Shown here one piece after another: positions 9,534 to 19,261 of a stretch of 64,000 bases of DNA; position 1 is the first letter of the stretch, and every line of letters starts with the position of its first letter. The notes under the pieces are model-generated. The model ran no database searches. It was not told the DNA's origin and was given only the letters and a program-made list of their open reading frames with translations. The DNA comes from an uncultured Acidobacteriota bacterium. Its GTDB lineage: Bacteria; Acidobacteriota; Vicinamibacteria; Fen-336. The position numbers were made by a program, and so were the translations under genes. The stretch is taken from the NCBI GenBank assembly GCA_963744315.1, contig CAVUTB010000018.1:74147-138146 (forward strand), in the 5' to 3' direction.

Positions 9534-10028
9534 GTGCCTGGGGAAGAGACCGTGGCCGAGGCCGAACCGCCGCAGGTGCTCCTGGTCGAAGACAATCCCG
9601 ATCACGAGGAGCTGATCCGCCGGGCGTTTGCCGAGCGGCAGCCGAGGGTCGCGCTCGCCGTCGCGCGCCACGGCGAGGAAGCGCTCGACTACCTGCACCG
9701 CCGCGGCAACTACCAGGACCCGCGCACGAGCCCACGGCCGCGCCTGATCCTGCTCGACCTGCGGCTGCCGCGCGTCGACGGGCTCGAGGTGCTGGGCGAG
9801 ATCAAGTCGACGCCCTCGCTGCGCTCGATGCCGGTGGTGGTGCTCACCACCTCCGACTCCGAGCACGACGTGCAGCGCGCCTACGCGCAGCACGCGAACA
9901 GCTACCTGGTGAAGCCGGCCGAGTTCTCGCGCATCCGCGAGCTGATCGACCGCGTCGAGGGCTACTGGCTCGACGTCAACCGGCTGCCGGGCGACGGCTC
10001 GCGCCCTGAGACTGGGGTCAGGTCTTGA
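9534..10028 (+). CDS. CheY-like single-domain response regulator
   Basis: VLLVEDNPDHEELIRRAF...LILLDLRLPRVDGLEVLGEIK...VVVLTTSD...YLVKP. In-frame GTG at 9534; the track ORF starts at 9480. Confidence 0.8.
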   Translation: MPGEETVAEAEPPQVLLVEDNPDHEELIRRAFAERQPRVALAVARHGEEALDYLHRRGNYQDPRTSPRPRLILLDLRLPRVDGLEVLGEIKSTPSLRSMPVVVLTTSDSEHDVQRAYAQHANSYLVKPAEFSRIRELIDRVEGYWLDVNRLPGDGSRPETGVRS

Positions 10029-10075
10029 AATAGCGCATTGCACCCGGACAATGCGTCAATTCAAGACCTGACCCC
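10014..10075. repeat. REP/MITE-like nested palindromic element, copy 1
   Basis: GGGGTCAGGTCTTGAA ... TTCAAGACCTGACCCC is a perfect 16-bp inverted repeat enclosing CGCATTG-N8-CAATGCG. It overlaps the regulator's stop codon and sits between convergent genes. A near-identical copy lies at 30110-30170. Confidence 0.6.
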
Positions 10076-10078
10076 TAC

Positions 10079-11926
10079 TCACTTTCCGGCGATCGGACCG
10101 CCGGGCACGTTCGCGGCACGGTCGAGGCCGTGGCCCGCGGGGAACAAGCCCGGCAGCGAGACGGGCAGGCGCCCGCCGATCGGAGCCTCGCCCAGGAGAG
10201 CGCGCACCGCGGCCGCCTCGGGCGCGTCGCCGATCTCGTAGGTGACGAGGATCGCCGGCAGCTTCGCGCCCAGCTCTCCCACGTAGGGACTGCCGAGCGC
10301 GACGGTGACGAGCGGGCGGCGCGCGTCGTCGCGCGCGAGCGCCTCGAGCAGCGACTGCTGCCCGGGCGACAGGCCCAGCTTGCCGTTCGGGTCGGAGGCG
10401 CGCGTGAAGGTCGCGGCCACGATCGCGTCCACGCCCTTCGCCATCGCGCGCAGCAGGTCCAGCTCGGAGGCCGTGGTGCGGTCCGTCACCTCGACCGCGG
10501 TCAGCCCCGGCAGCCGCTTGCGCAGCTCCGGGATCAGCACGCGGCCGGGCGCGGCCTCGCGCCAGCCGTTGGCGGAATCCACCACCGACAGCAGCAGCAC
10601 GCGCGCCTTCTGCGGCAGCGCCAGCGGCACCTGGCCGCGCTCGTCCTTGAGCAGCGTGATCGCGCGCGAGGCGATCTCGACGGCGACCGCCTCGTGCGCG
10701 CGCCCGCCCACGCTCGCCGGCACCGCCTCGACGTCCACGACGCGGGAGCGCTGGAGCCCGAGCCGCGCCTTCGCCCGCAGGATGCGCTCGACGGAGCGGT
10801 CGAGCGCGTCCTTCGCGATCTCGCCGCGCTCGACCGCCTGCCTGATCCCGCGCAGCGCGGCCTCGGGGTCGGGCGAGTCGAGCACCACGTCGGCTCCCGC
10901 CTCGACCGCGAGCGCCGCCGCCTCCGCGGGAGTGAAGCGCTTGCTGATCGCGTGCATCGACATCGAGTCGGTGAAGATGATTCCCTCGAAGCCCAGCTCC
11001 TCGCGCAGCAGGCCGGTGAGGATCGGGCGGCTGAGCGTCGCCGGCCGTCCCTCGGTCGGATCGAGCGCGGGCAGCCGGATGTGCGAGGACATCACGGCGT
11101 CGATGCCCGCGGCGATCGCCGCCCGGAACGGCACGAGCTCCACGGCGTCGAGCCGAGCGCGCGGGTGCTCGACCACCGCGAGGTCGAGGTGGGTGTCGGT
11201 CGCCGTGTCGCCGTGGCCGGGGAAGTGCTTGGCGGTCGCGAGCATGCCGCCTTGCTGGATCCCGCGCATGTACGCCGTCGCCATGCGCGCCACCAGCTCG
11301 GGGTCCTCGCCGAACGAGCGGATGTTGATCACCGGGTTCTGCGGGTTCACGTTCACGTCGACCACGGGGTAGTAGTCCACGTGGACGCCGAGCGCGCGTC
11401 CCTCGCTCGCGCCGACGCGGCCCGCGCGCTCCGCGAGTGCTGTGTCGCGCGTCGCGCCGAGCGCCATCGCGCGCGGCATGCGCGTCGCGCCCTCCACGAT
11501 GTAGCCGGCCCCGCCCTCGAAGTCCGCCGTGAACAGCAGCGGCAGCGCCGAGGCCCGCTGCAGCCGGTTGAGCAGCGTCGCGATCGCGAGCGCGTCGCCC
11601 TTGATCGCCCGTCCCCCGGCGAGGCCGTAGACGGGATTGAGCAGCGCCGGCGGCAGCGCCTCGCCGCCGCCGAAGACGTGGAAGCCGCCCACGCGGCCCT
11701 CGCGTACGAGCCGCTCCAGCTTCTCCGAGGCCTCGCTGTCGATCGGCGTGTAGACGCCGTTCAGGCCCGGGACCACGAGCTGCCCGACCTTCTCGTCGAG
11801 CGTCATCCGGGCGAGCGTCTTCTTGACCCAGGCCGCGGCCTGCTTGTCGCTCGGATTCGGATCTCGCGCGACGGCCGCGGACGCGAGCAGGGCCAGCAGC
11901 AGGGCGGGCGGCAGCCGTCGGAGCAT
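10079..11926 (-). CDS. Glycoside hydrolase family 3 (NagZ / beta-N-acetylhexosaminidase-like), secreted
   Basis: Signal peptide MLRRLPPALLLALLASAAVA. GH3 motifs KHFPGHGDTATDTH and IIFTDSMSM. Confidence 0.85.
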   Translation of the reverse strand: MLRRLPPALLLALLASAAVARDPNPSDKQAAAWVKKTLARMTLDEKVGQLVVPGLNGVYTPIDSEASEKLERLVREGRVGGFHVFGGGEALPPALLNPVYGLAGGRAIKGDALAIATLLNRLQRASALPLLFTADFEGGAGYIVEGATRMPRAMALGATRDTALAERAGRVGASEGRALGVHVDYYPVVDVNVNPQNPVINIRSFGEDPELVARMATAYMRGIQQGGMLATAKHFPGHGDTATDTHLDLAVVEHPRARLDAVELVPFRAAIAAGIDAVMSSHIRLPALDPTEGRPATLSRPILTGLLREELGFEGIIFTDSMSMHAISKRFTPAEAAALAVEAGADVVLDSPDPEAALRGIRQAVERGEIAKDALDRSVERILRAKARLGLQRSRVVDVEAVPASVGGRAHEAVAVEIASRAITLLKDERGQVPLALPQKARVLLLSVVDSANGWREAAPGRVLIPELRKRLPGLTAVEVTDRTTASELDLLRAMAKGVDAIVAATFTRASDPNGKLGLSPGQQSLLEALARDDARRPLVTVALGSPYVGELGAKLPAILVTYEIGDAPEAAAVRALLGEAPIGGRLPVSLPGLFPAGHGLDRAANVPGGPIAGK

Positions 11927-11935
11927 CAGCGGATT

Positions 11936-12619
11936 CTACTCACGCGCCTGCGCGGCCTCGAACTCGAGCGTGCCGAAGCAGCGGGGCAGGTGGAAGTTGC
12001 GCTCGTCGAGCGGAGACCACGAGGCCCAGTGCGGGTGCGAGGTCTCGTCGCCGCACTTGTAGAGGTTGCCGCGCCAGCGCTGTCCGCCGAGCGGCCCCAG
12101 CGGGCCCAGGTAGCGCTCGACGATCGCGAGCGGGATGAAGAAGGCGAGCTGCCAGTCGACGGGCTTCGCGAGCTCGGGCTCGACGCGCGACGGCAGCGAG
12201 GAGCGCACCTGGACCAGGCGGCCGTCGTCGGGCCGCAGGCGCTTGGCGGCCATCAGCTCTCCGCCCACGCGCCGCGGATCGGTCACGTGGCTCGCGAGCA
12301 GCGCGCCGCCGGCATTCATCTCGAAGTTCAGGTAGCCACCGGCCGGCCGCGGCTCGAGGAAGATCTCGACGCAGCTGTCCTCGTAGACGGGATCACCGAA
12401 GCGCCGGTGCCGCGAGCGCACGTAGCGGTCCTCGACGCGGAAGATGCCGGCGATGCCGTCGCCGGTGTGCAGCAGCCGCGCGCGCGTCCGCGGGCGGTGC
12501 GCGCTGCCCTCGGGCCGGAAGTGGGCGAGCTCGAGCGTCTCGGCGCCGGCCCAGGACGCGGCATCCCACTCGTCCTCGAGCCGCGGCCGTTCGCGCGCGG
12601 CGCGGACGAGCGCGCGCAT
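11936..12619 (-). CDS. CBM9-like (carbohydrate-binding family 9-like) domain protein
   Basis: ATG overlaps the upstream stop by 1 nt (TGATG). Shares the pattern xW...DxVEIFLEP...YLNFEMNAGG...LYKCGDE with the protein at 17406. Confidence 0.5.
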   Translation of the reverse strand: MRALVRAARERPRLEDEWDAASWAGAETLELAHFRPEGSAHRPRTRARLLHTGDGIAGIFRVEDRYVRSRHRRFGDPVYEDSCVEIFLEPRPAGGYLNFEMNAGGALLASHVTDPRRVGGELMAAKRLRPDDGRLVQVRSSLPSRVEPELAKPVDWQLAFFIPLAIVERYLGPLGPLGGQRWRGNLYKCGDETSHPHWASWSPLDERNFHLPRCFGTLEFEAAQARE

Positions 12620-13554
12620 CAACCGAAGTAGCTGGGCAGGCGCGCACCGCCCTGGGCTTCGGCGAGTGCTATGCGCACGGCGCCCATCGCAGGCTCGACC
12701 TCGAGCCGCTTCACCTGGCCGCGCGGCGCCGTCGCCGGCAGCCGGCGCTTCAGCTCCTCGGCCAGCCACGGCACGCCGGTGAAGACGCCGCCGGCGAGCA
12801 CGAACTGCACCGGCTCCTCCTGCATGTGCAGCCGCTCGACCACCGAGCGCGCCGCGCGCACGAGCTCGTGGGCCGCCTGCTCCAGGATCTGGGTTCCCAC
12901 CTCGTCGCCCTCGTCGCGCGCCTGCTGCACCAGGCGGGCGGTCTGCGCGAGCGCGTGGTGGGGGAGCTGGCGGTCGTAGACCTCGGGGATGAGGTCCTGC
13001 GGCTTCGACACCGCGAAGTGGTTGAGCAGGCGCGCGGTGAGCGAAGTGGCCGGGCCGCGCCCGTCCGCGGCGCGCGCCACGGCGCGCAGCGCCCGGCGCC
13101 CGATCCAGTAGCCGCTGCCCTCGTCGCCCAGGATGTGGCCCCAGCCGCCGGCGCGCGCGGCGCGATCGGCGCTGCGGCCGAAGGCGATCGAGCCCGTTCC
13201 GCAGATGATCACGACGCCCGAGGCGTCGCCGACTCCGGCCACGAGCGCGACCAGCGCGTCGTTCACGACCAGCGTGCGCGAGCGCGCGCCGATCCGGCGC
13301 ATGATGTCGGCGACCAGCGTCTTCTCGTCGTCGCGGTCGGCGCCCGCCATGCCGAGGCAGATCGCGCCCACGTCCAGGTTCCGCTTCCCGAGCGCCTGAT
13401 CCATCACCGTGTGCAGGACCTTCTCGACCGCGAGCTCGCCTTCGGCCTTCAGGTTTGCGCCCCCGGCACGCCCCTCGCCGAGCACCTTGCCTTCGCCGTC
13501 GGCCAGGTAGCCGATCGTCTTGGTGCCGCCGGCGTCGATGCCCAGGACGTGCAT
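12619..13554 (-). CDS. BadF/BadG/BcrA/BcrD-type ATPase (N-acetylglucosamine kinase-like)
   Basis: MHVLGIDAGGTKT ... IICGTGSIAFG ... ILGDEGSGYWIG are sugar-kinase / ASKHA-fold motifs. Confidence 0.8.
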   Translation of the reverse strand: MHVLGIDAGGTKTIGYLADGEGKVLGEGRAGGANLKAEGELAVEKVLHTVMDQALGKRNLDVGAICLGMAGADRDDEKTLVADIMRRIGARSRTLVVNDALVALVAGVGDASGVVIICGTGSIAFGRSADRAARAGGWGHILGDEGSGYWIGRRALRAVARAADGRGPATSLTARLLNHFAVSKPQDLIPEVYDRQLPHHALAQTARLVQQARDEGDEVGTQILEQAAHELVRAARSVVERLHMQEEPVQFVLAGGVFTGVPWLAEELKRRLPATAPRGQVKRLEVEPAMGAVRIALAEAQGGARLPSYFG

Positions 13555-13658
13555 GAGAGCTCCGCAGGCATCTTATCCGACGCCGGCTTTGTGTCCCTCT
13601 CGGACTCGCTGACGGCGCTCTACGGCCGTGGGATACTCGACTCGACGCCGGAGGCGAG

Positions 13659-13988
13659 ATGGTCGAGTCCGATCGCACGGAGAGGCGGCACGAGCGGCAG
13701 GCGCCTTCGCACACGGTGCAGGTCACCGCCGAGTTCGAGGGAGCGCTCGCCCTCGGCGAGGCGATCGACCTCTCCGCCGGCGGCGCCCGCCTGCTGCTCC
13801 AGTCGCGCGAGCTCGCGGTCGGCGACGAGGTGATCCTCTGGCTGAGCTTCGCGCGCCCGCGCCAGCCGGTGCCCGCGACCGGGCGTGTCGTCTGGGCCGG
13901 CGGCGGCTGGGACGAGCCGCTCTACGGCCTCGAATGGACCCACCAGGGACCCCAGCGCTCGTGGATCGGCTGGGCGGCGACGGCGTAG
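13659..13988 (+). CDS. PilZ-domain protein
   Basis: RRHERQ ... DLSAGGARL matches the PilZ RxxxR / DxSxGG signature. Confidence 0.6.
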   Translation: MVESDRTERRHERQAPSHTVQVTAEFEGALALGEAIDLSAGGARLLLQSRELAVGDEVILWLSFARPRQPVPATGRVVWAGGGWDEPLYGLEWTHQGPQRSWIGWAATA

Positions 13989-13995
13989 CGCTTCC

Positions 13996-15284
13996 TTGCT
14001 GATCCTGCGCTGGGCCCTCATCGCGGCCCTCGTGTTCTGGGCGTTCCGCCGGCGCTCGCTCACGACGTGGATCCTGGTGTCGATGGTCGTGGGCGCCGAG
14101 GTGGGCTACGACTGGCCCGGGGTCGCGGTCTCGCTCCGTCTGCTGAGCCAGATCTTCATCCGGATGATCAAGACGATCATCGCGCCGCTCATCTTCGCGA
14201 CGCTGGTCGTGGGCATCGCCGGACATCCGAACCTGCGCCACGTGGGCCGCATGGGCCTGAAGGCGCTCGTCTACTTCGAGGTCGTCACGACGCTCGCGCT
14301 CTTCATCGGCCTCGCCGCGATCAACCTGTCGCAGGCCGGCGCGGGGCTCCACGCGCCCGAGGCGATGCAGCCCTCGGGCACGCGCCCGCCGCCGCAGTCG
14401 CTCGCCGACGTGGTGCTGAGCGCGTTCCCCGAGAACGTGGCGAAGGCAGTGGCGGAAGGCCACGTGCTGCAGATCGTCGTCTTCAGCCTGCTCTTCGCGG
14501 TGGCGCTCTCGCTCATCGCCGAGGAGAAGCGCCGGCCGCTGCTCGCGTTCTGCGAGTCGCTCGCCGCCGCGATGTTCAAGTTCACCAACCTCGTGATGCT
14601 GTTCGCCCCGATCGGCGTGGGCGCCGCGATTGCCTACACGGTGGGGCACATGGGCATCGGCGTGCTGGTCAACCTCGCCAAGGTGCTCGTGACCCTGTAC
14701 GTGGCGCTGCTGGCGTTCCTGCTGCTGGTGCTGCTGCCGGTCGCGCTCGTCGCCCGCGTGCCGCTCAAGCGCTTCGCGAAGGCGATCGCCGAGCCCGTGT
14801 CGATCGCCTTCGCCACCACCAGCTCGGAAGCGGCGCTGCCGCTCGCGATGGAGCGCATGGAGCAGCTCGGCGTTCCGCGGCAGACCGTGGCGTTCGTGAT
14901 GCCGCTCGGCTACAGCTTCAACCTCGACGGCTCGACGCTCTACCTCGCGCTGGCGTCGGTCTTCGTGGCGCAGGCGGCGGGCATCCCGCTCACGTTTCCA
15001 CAGCAGCTCGCGATCGTGTTGACGCTGATGATCACCAGCAAGGGCGTCGCGGGCGTGCCGCGGGCGGTGCTCGTGATCCTGATGGGCACGGCGACGTCCT
15101 TCGGCCTGCCCGAATGGCCGATCCTCGGTCCTGCTGGGCATCGACGAGCTGATGGACATGGCGCGCACGTCCGTCAACGTGATCGGCAACTGCCTGGCGA
15201 CCGTCGTGATCTCCCGCTGGGAGGGCGACTTCGCGCCGGACGGCACGGATCAGGGATCCGCAGTGTCTTCCTAGCCGAGAGCCT
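13996..15284 (+). CDS. Dicarboxylate/amino acid:cation symporter (DAACS; GltP/DctA family), with a frame change near 15115-15130
   Basis: IRMIKTIIAPLIFATLVVGIAG, FEVVTTLALFIGL and ATTSSEAALP. The C-terminus (NVIGNCLATVVISRWEG...) lies in frame 3 and ends with TAG at 15282-15284. Start uncertain (TTG 13996, GTG 14032 or ATG 14083). Confidence 0.75.
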
Positions 15285-16167
15285 CGCGGGCTTCGGCCAG
15301 GAAACGGCGGACCTTCTCCTTCGGGTCGCCGGCGCCCAGGGTTTCGAGCGGAGCGTAGCCGCGGTAGCCGGAGCTCTTCAGGATGCCGAAGACCCGCCGC
15401 AGGTCGGTCTTCTCCTCGCGGTTGTGGCGATAGAGGAGCTCCTTGATCTGCCAGGTGCAGGCGTACGGCGCCAGGCGAGCCACTTCTTCGTACGGGTCGG
15501 CGGTGCGCAGGCTGCCGATGTCGACGTTCAGGCCGAACCACGGCGAGCCGACGCGCTCGCGGAGCGCGAGCACCTCGTCCGCCGTCTTGAGCAGCTCGTC
15601 GTGGTTCTGGTAGACGATCATCACTCCGCGCCGCTCGCCCGCGGCGGCGCACTCGCGGAAGGCCTCCGCCACCCAGCCCGTCATCTGCTCGCGGCTCGGG
15701 CCCTTGGCCTCGGCGCGGCCATCGAAGACGCGCAGAACCGGCGCGCCGAGCTTCGCAGCCACCTCGATCCAGCGCTTCACGTGCGCGACGTCGGCCGCGC
15801 GCTTGTCGGCCTCCGGCTGCGTGAAGTCGTTGCGGACGCCCGTGCCGCTCACCCCGAGGCCGTTCAGGAACGCGCGCCGCTTGATCGCGTGGAGGTAGTC
15901 GTCGGTCGGGACCGCGGGATGGCCGGGGAAGTAGTACCCGGTCGGATCGACCGCGTCGAAGCCCAGCTCCGCGCAATAGTCGATCGCCTGCTCGAGCGAC
16001 ATCGCCCCGCTGCGCAGCGGAGCGTTGAACGAGTAGAGGTTGCAGCTCAGCTTGATCTTCGGCGAGCGGGCCGCGGCGGGCGGCGGCGCGCCTTGCAGCC
16101 GCGGCAGCGCCAGCGCGACGGGGGCGGCGAGCAGGGCGACGAAGTCGCGCCTTGTCGTGTCGGCCAA
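15271..16167 (-). CDS. Sugar phosphate isomerase/epimerase (xylose-isomerase-like TIM barrel) with a Tat signal
   Basis: TRRDFVALLAAPVALA is a twin-arginine motif. AP-endonuclease-2 / xylose-isomerase-like fold (VYQNHDELLKT, GLNVDIGSL). Confidence 0.75.
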   Translation of the reverse strand: MADTTRRDFVALLAAPVALALPRLQGAPPPAAARSPKIKLSCNLYSFNAPLRSGAMSLEQAIDYCAELGFDAVDPTGYYFPGHPAVPTDDYLHAIKRRAFLNGLGVSGTGVRNDFTQPEADKRAADVAHVKRWIEVAAKLGAPVLRVFDGRAEAKGPSREQMTGWVAEAFRECAAAGERRGVMIVYQNHDELLKTADEVLALRERVGSPWFGLNVDIGSLRTADPYEEVARLAPYACTWQIKELLYRHNREEKTDLRRVFGILKSSGYRGYAPLETLGAGDPKEKVRRFLAEAREALG

Positions 16168-16189
16168 GAGCGTCTCCTGGCCGCCGAGT

Positions 16190-16417
16190 CTACTCCGGCG
16201 CGACGCTGCGCGGCGTGCTTCTCGCGGACCAGAGCGCGAGGAGCACGACGATCACGTTCGCGACGATGACGGGAGCCGCGTTGAGCGCGATGCCGTAGGC
16301 GAGCCACATCGTCGCCGCCGCCGCCTGGATCAGCCGGAGCGTCCGCGGGTCGCGGCAGAAGTACGAGACCGCGAAGGTCGCGGTCGCGGCCCAGCCGACG
16401 AGGTCGGGGCCGCTCAC
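16190..16417 (-). CDS. Small (76-aa) two-helix membrane protein
   Basis: GTG start overlaps the HAD stop (GTGA). Hydrophobic segments [12 protein letters not shown] and [26 protein letters not shown]. Confidence 0.3.
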   Translation of the reverse strand: MSGPDLVGWAATATFAVSYFCRDPRTLRLIQAAAATMWLAYGIALNAAPVIVANVIVVLLALWSARSTPRSVAPE

Positions 16418-17229
16418 GCCGGCGCCCCGGGCGTCTCGCGGATCGTCACGAAGTCGGTCGTCACCTTGTCCCACTCCTGGATCTGCAGGCCGTGGCGCTC
16501 GAAGAGCCCACGCACCGCGAGCGCATCGTAACCGACGATGTCCTCGAGCACGGGCACGAGCACGCTCAGCGCGTCGTCCGACAGGATCGAGCGCCGCGCG
16601 ATCGGCGCGATGTACGGGTTCTCCGAGACGGCGATCGTGTAGCCGTCGAGCCGGTTGACGTGGAGCATCACGTGCACGTCGGAGCTGCCGTCGCCGACGT
16701 AGACCACGTGGTCGTGGCTCACCTGCAGCTGCTCCTGCAGCTCCGAGAGCGTCGCCACCTTGCCGTAGCCGGCGCACACGCGCTCGACCCTGCGGATCTC
16801 ACCGGTCGCGGGGTCGTAGTCGAGGCGCGTGGCGCGGATCCGCTCCGGAGGCACGAGACCCGCGAGTGCTGCCTGCACCACCTCCTCGGGAGCGGCGGAG
16901 ACGACGTAGAACGAGAAGCGGTGGCCGTCGATGCCACGCTCCAGGATCTCCACCAGCCGCCCGATGTTCGGCTTCAGGCGGATGCGGCGGCCCACCTCGA
17001 CGAGGTGCTCGCGCCGCACCTTGCGGTACTCCGGATCGTGGAGCAGCAGGTAGGCGAGCTCGCCGCCCTGCTGGACGAGGTTGATGCGGGCGAGGCCCTT
17101 CACCTTCTCCTCGAAGCCGTGGGCGCCGAGCAGCTCGCCGAGCACGATGCCGGAGTCGTTGAAGCTCAGCGTCTGGTCGAAGTCGCTCGCGAGCAGGTAC
17201 TCCTTCTGGCCCCCGCGACGGGTCATCAC
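16414..17229 (-). CDS. HAD-superfamily hydrolase (phosphoserine-phosphatase-like, subfamily IB)
   Basis: DFDQTL (motif I) ... YVGDGSSD (motif IV). Confidence 0.75.
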   Translation of the reverse strand: MMTRRGGQKEYLLASDFDQTLSFNDSGIVLGELLGAHGFEEKVKGLARINLVQQGGELAYLLLHDPEYRKVRREHLVEVGRRIRLKPNIGRLVEILERGIDGHRFSFYVVSAAPEEVVQAALAGLVPPERIRATRLDYDPATGEIRRVERVCAGYGKVATLSELQEQLQVSHDHVVYVGDGSSDVHVMLHVNRLDGYTIAVSENPYIAPIARRSILSDDALSVLVPVLEDIVGYDALAVRGLFERHGLQIQEWDKVTTDFVTIRETPGAPA

Positions 17230-17405
17230 GGCCTCCTTTTCCTCGACTCCAAGGTACGCCCAGTTCAGGCATGAGTCCAGTCGATAGAACTGATATCAGC
17301 AATCGACTACATTAATGAGCCAGCCATGCGACTGAGCCGCCAGGAGAAGGCGGATTCGCGCGCGGGCGCGACAGCCCGGCCGGCATCGGCTAACCTCCGC
17401 ACTTC

Positions 17406-18233
17406 ATGCCTCCCGCGTACGGAGTGGGCGAAGAGCGCCTGACCCACATCACCTGCCACAGGGCCTCGTCCCGCATCGTGGTCGACGGCGATCTCGCCAA
17501 GCCCGCCTGGCGTGACGCAGAGCGCTCGCCGCGCTTCGTCGACATGGTGTCCGGCGAGCCCGCGCTCTACGACACGCGCGTCGCCTGCCAGTGGGACGAC
17601 GAGCGCTTCTACGTCGCGTACTGGATCGAGGAGCCGCAGGTGCGCGCGACACTCACCGAGCGCGACAGCTTCATCTGGAACGACAACGACGTCGAGATCT
17701 TCGTGGCCGGCGACGACTGCTACTACGAGCTCGAGATCAACGCCTTCGGCACCGTGTACGAGGCGTTCTTCGTGTGGCAGGACGCGCTCGTGCGCGGCAG
17801 CCGCTTCGAGAAGGCCGGCCTCGACCCGATGAGCCGCAAGGTCGACCTGCTCGCCGGCTTCCAGGACGCGAGCCGCTACGGCAGGCACCCGCGCGGCCGC
17901 CGCTTCGCCTTCCTCGACTTCGACCTCGCCGGGCTCGAGACCGCCGTGCGCGTCGACGGCCGGATCAACGACCCGGCGACGACGGACCGCGGCTGGACGG
18001 TGGAGATGGCGCTGCCGTGGCAGAGCCTGGCGCTTCCTGTTCGACGGCCGCACGCTGCCGCCCTCGGAGGGCGAGACGCTGCGCTGCGACTTCTCACGCT
18101 TCGAGGCGGTGCGCGTCCACGGCAAGCCGCTCCCGGAGAACCCGGGCTGGAGCCTCAACCCGCACGGCGTCTACGATTCGCACATCCCGGAGAGCTTCAG
18201 CGTCGTCCACTTCGCGGAGAAGCTGGCCGGTTA
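17406..18233 (+). CDS. CBM9-like domain protein (paralogue of 11936..12619), with a frame change near 18030
   Basis: AWRDAERSPRFVDM...WDDERFYVAYWIEEP...DNDVEIFVAGDDCYYELEINAFGTVYEAFF. The C-terminus (FSVVHFAEKLAG) is in another frame. Confidence 0.5.
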
Positions 18234-18243
18234 GAAGGAGGGC

Positions 18244-19216
18244 TCAGGCGAGCGCGCGGAAGAGCCGTTCCTTGAAACGCGCGATGTCGATCTGCCACAC
18301 GACCGTGGCGTTCGGCGGGCCGGAGATCGCGGCCTCGGGCCAGCCGGTCGCGTCGCCGAGCTTTCGGGGAACCACGTCGAGCGAGTCGACGACCGTCATG
18401 CCGCGCGTCAGCGGGCTCTCGCACTCGATCTCGACCGCGTGGCGGCTGGTGCGCGTCGCGATGCCGGGCTCGAGCGCCACGGCCATCGCGACCGGGTCGG
18501 GCAGGCCGATGCCGGGGTCGTGGAACAGCCGTCGATTCGCCTCGAGTGCCGTCTTGTTGCAGTCGATCGTGAAGTGGGCGAGCGGGGTGTCGATCGTGCG
18601 GCAGCGCGCGATGTCGGCGTCGTCGAGGTTGGCCGGGCCGCGGCAGAGCTCCCAGCCCACCATCTCGATCGGCAGCCCCGATCGGAAGACGATGCGAGCC
18701 GCCTCGGGGTCGCACCAGATGTTGTACTCGGCCGCGGGCGTGACGTTTCCGACCGTGCACGGCCGCGCCGCCCATCACGACGCAGCGGCTCACCTGCGAG
18801 GCGATCCCGGGCGCCTTCTGCAGCGCGAGCGCCACGTTCGTGAGCGGGCCGAGCGTCACCAGCACGAGGCCCGGCCGCGCGCGGATGCGCTCGACGATCA
18901 CGTCGGGTCCGTAGCCCTTCGCCGGCGCCGTCTTCGGCGGCGGGTAGCCCTGATCGCCGAGGCCGTCCTGGCCGTGGAAGAAGCTCGCGTCGATCGGCAG
19001 CCGCGTGAGCGGCTTCGCCGCGCCCTCGTAGACGGGCACCGACGCTCCGCAGAGCTCCACGGTGTAACGCGCGTTGCGGCTACCCTGGGCGAGCGCGACG
19101 TTGCCGGCCACGGCGGTGATCGCGACCACCTCGAACGCCGGATCCTTGAGCGCCAGGATCAGCGCGACCGCGTCGTCCGAGGCCGTGTCGGTGTCGATCA
19201 GCAGCGGCGTGGGCAT
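18244..19216 (-). CDS. Inosine-uridine-preferring nucleoside hydrolase, frame-shifted near 18700-18780
   Basis: N-terminal DTDTASDD (DXDXXXDD) calcium-binding motif. The C-terminal half is in ORF 18244..18663 (WHAEWE-like region, CDP). Confidence 0.7.
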
Positions 19217-19261
19217 GGCGGGTCTCGGCGCGGCACATCCTACGACGGAAGCACAAGATCG

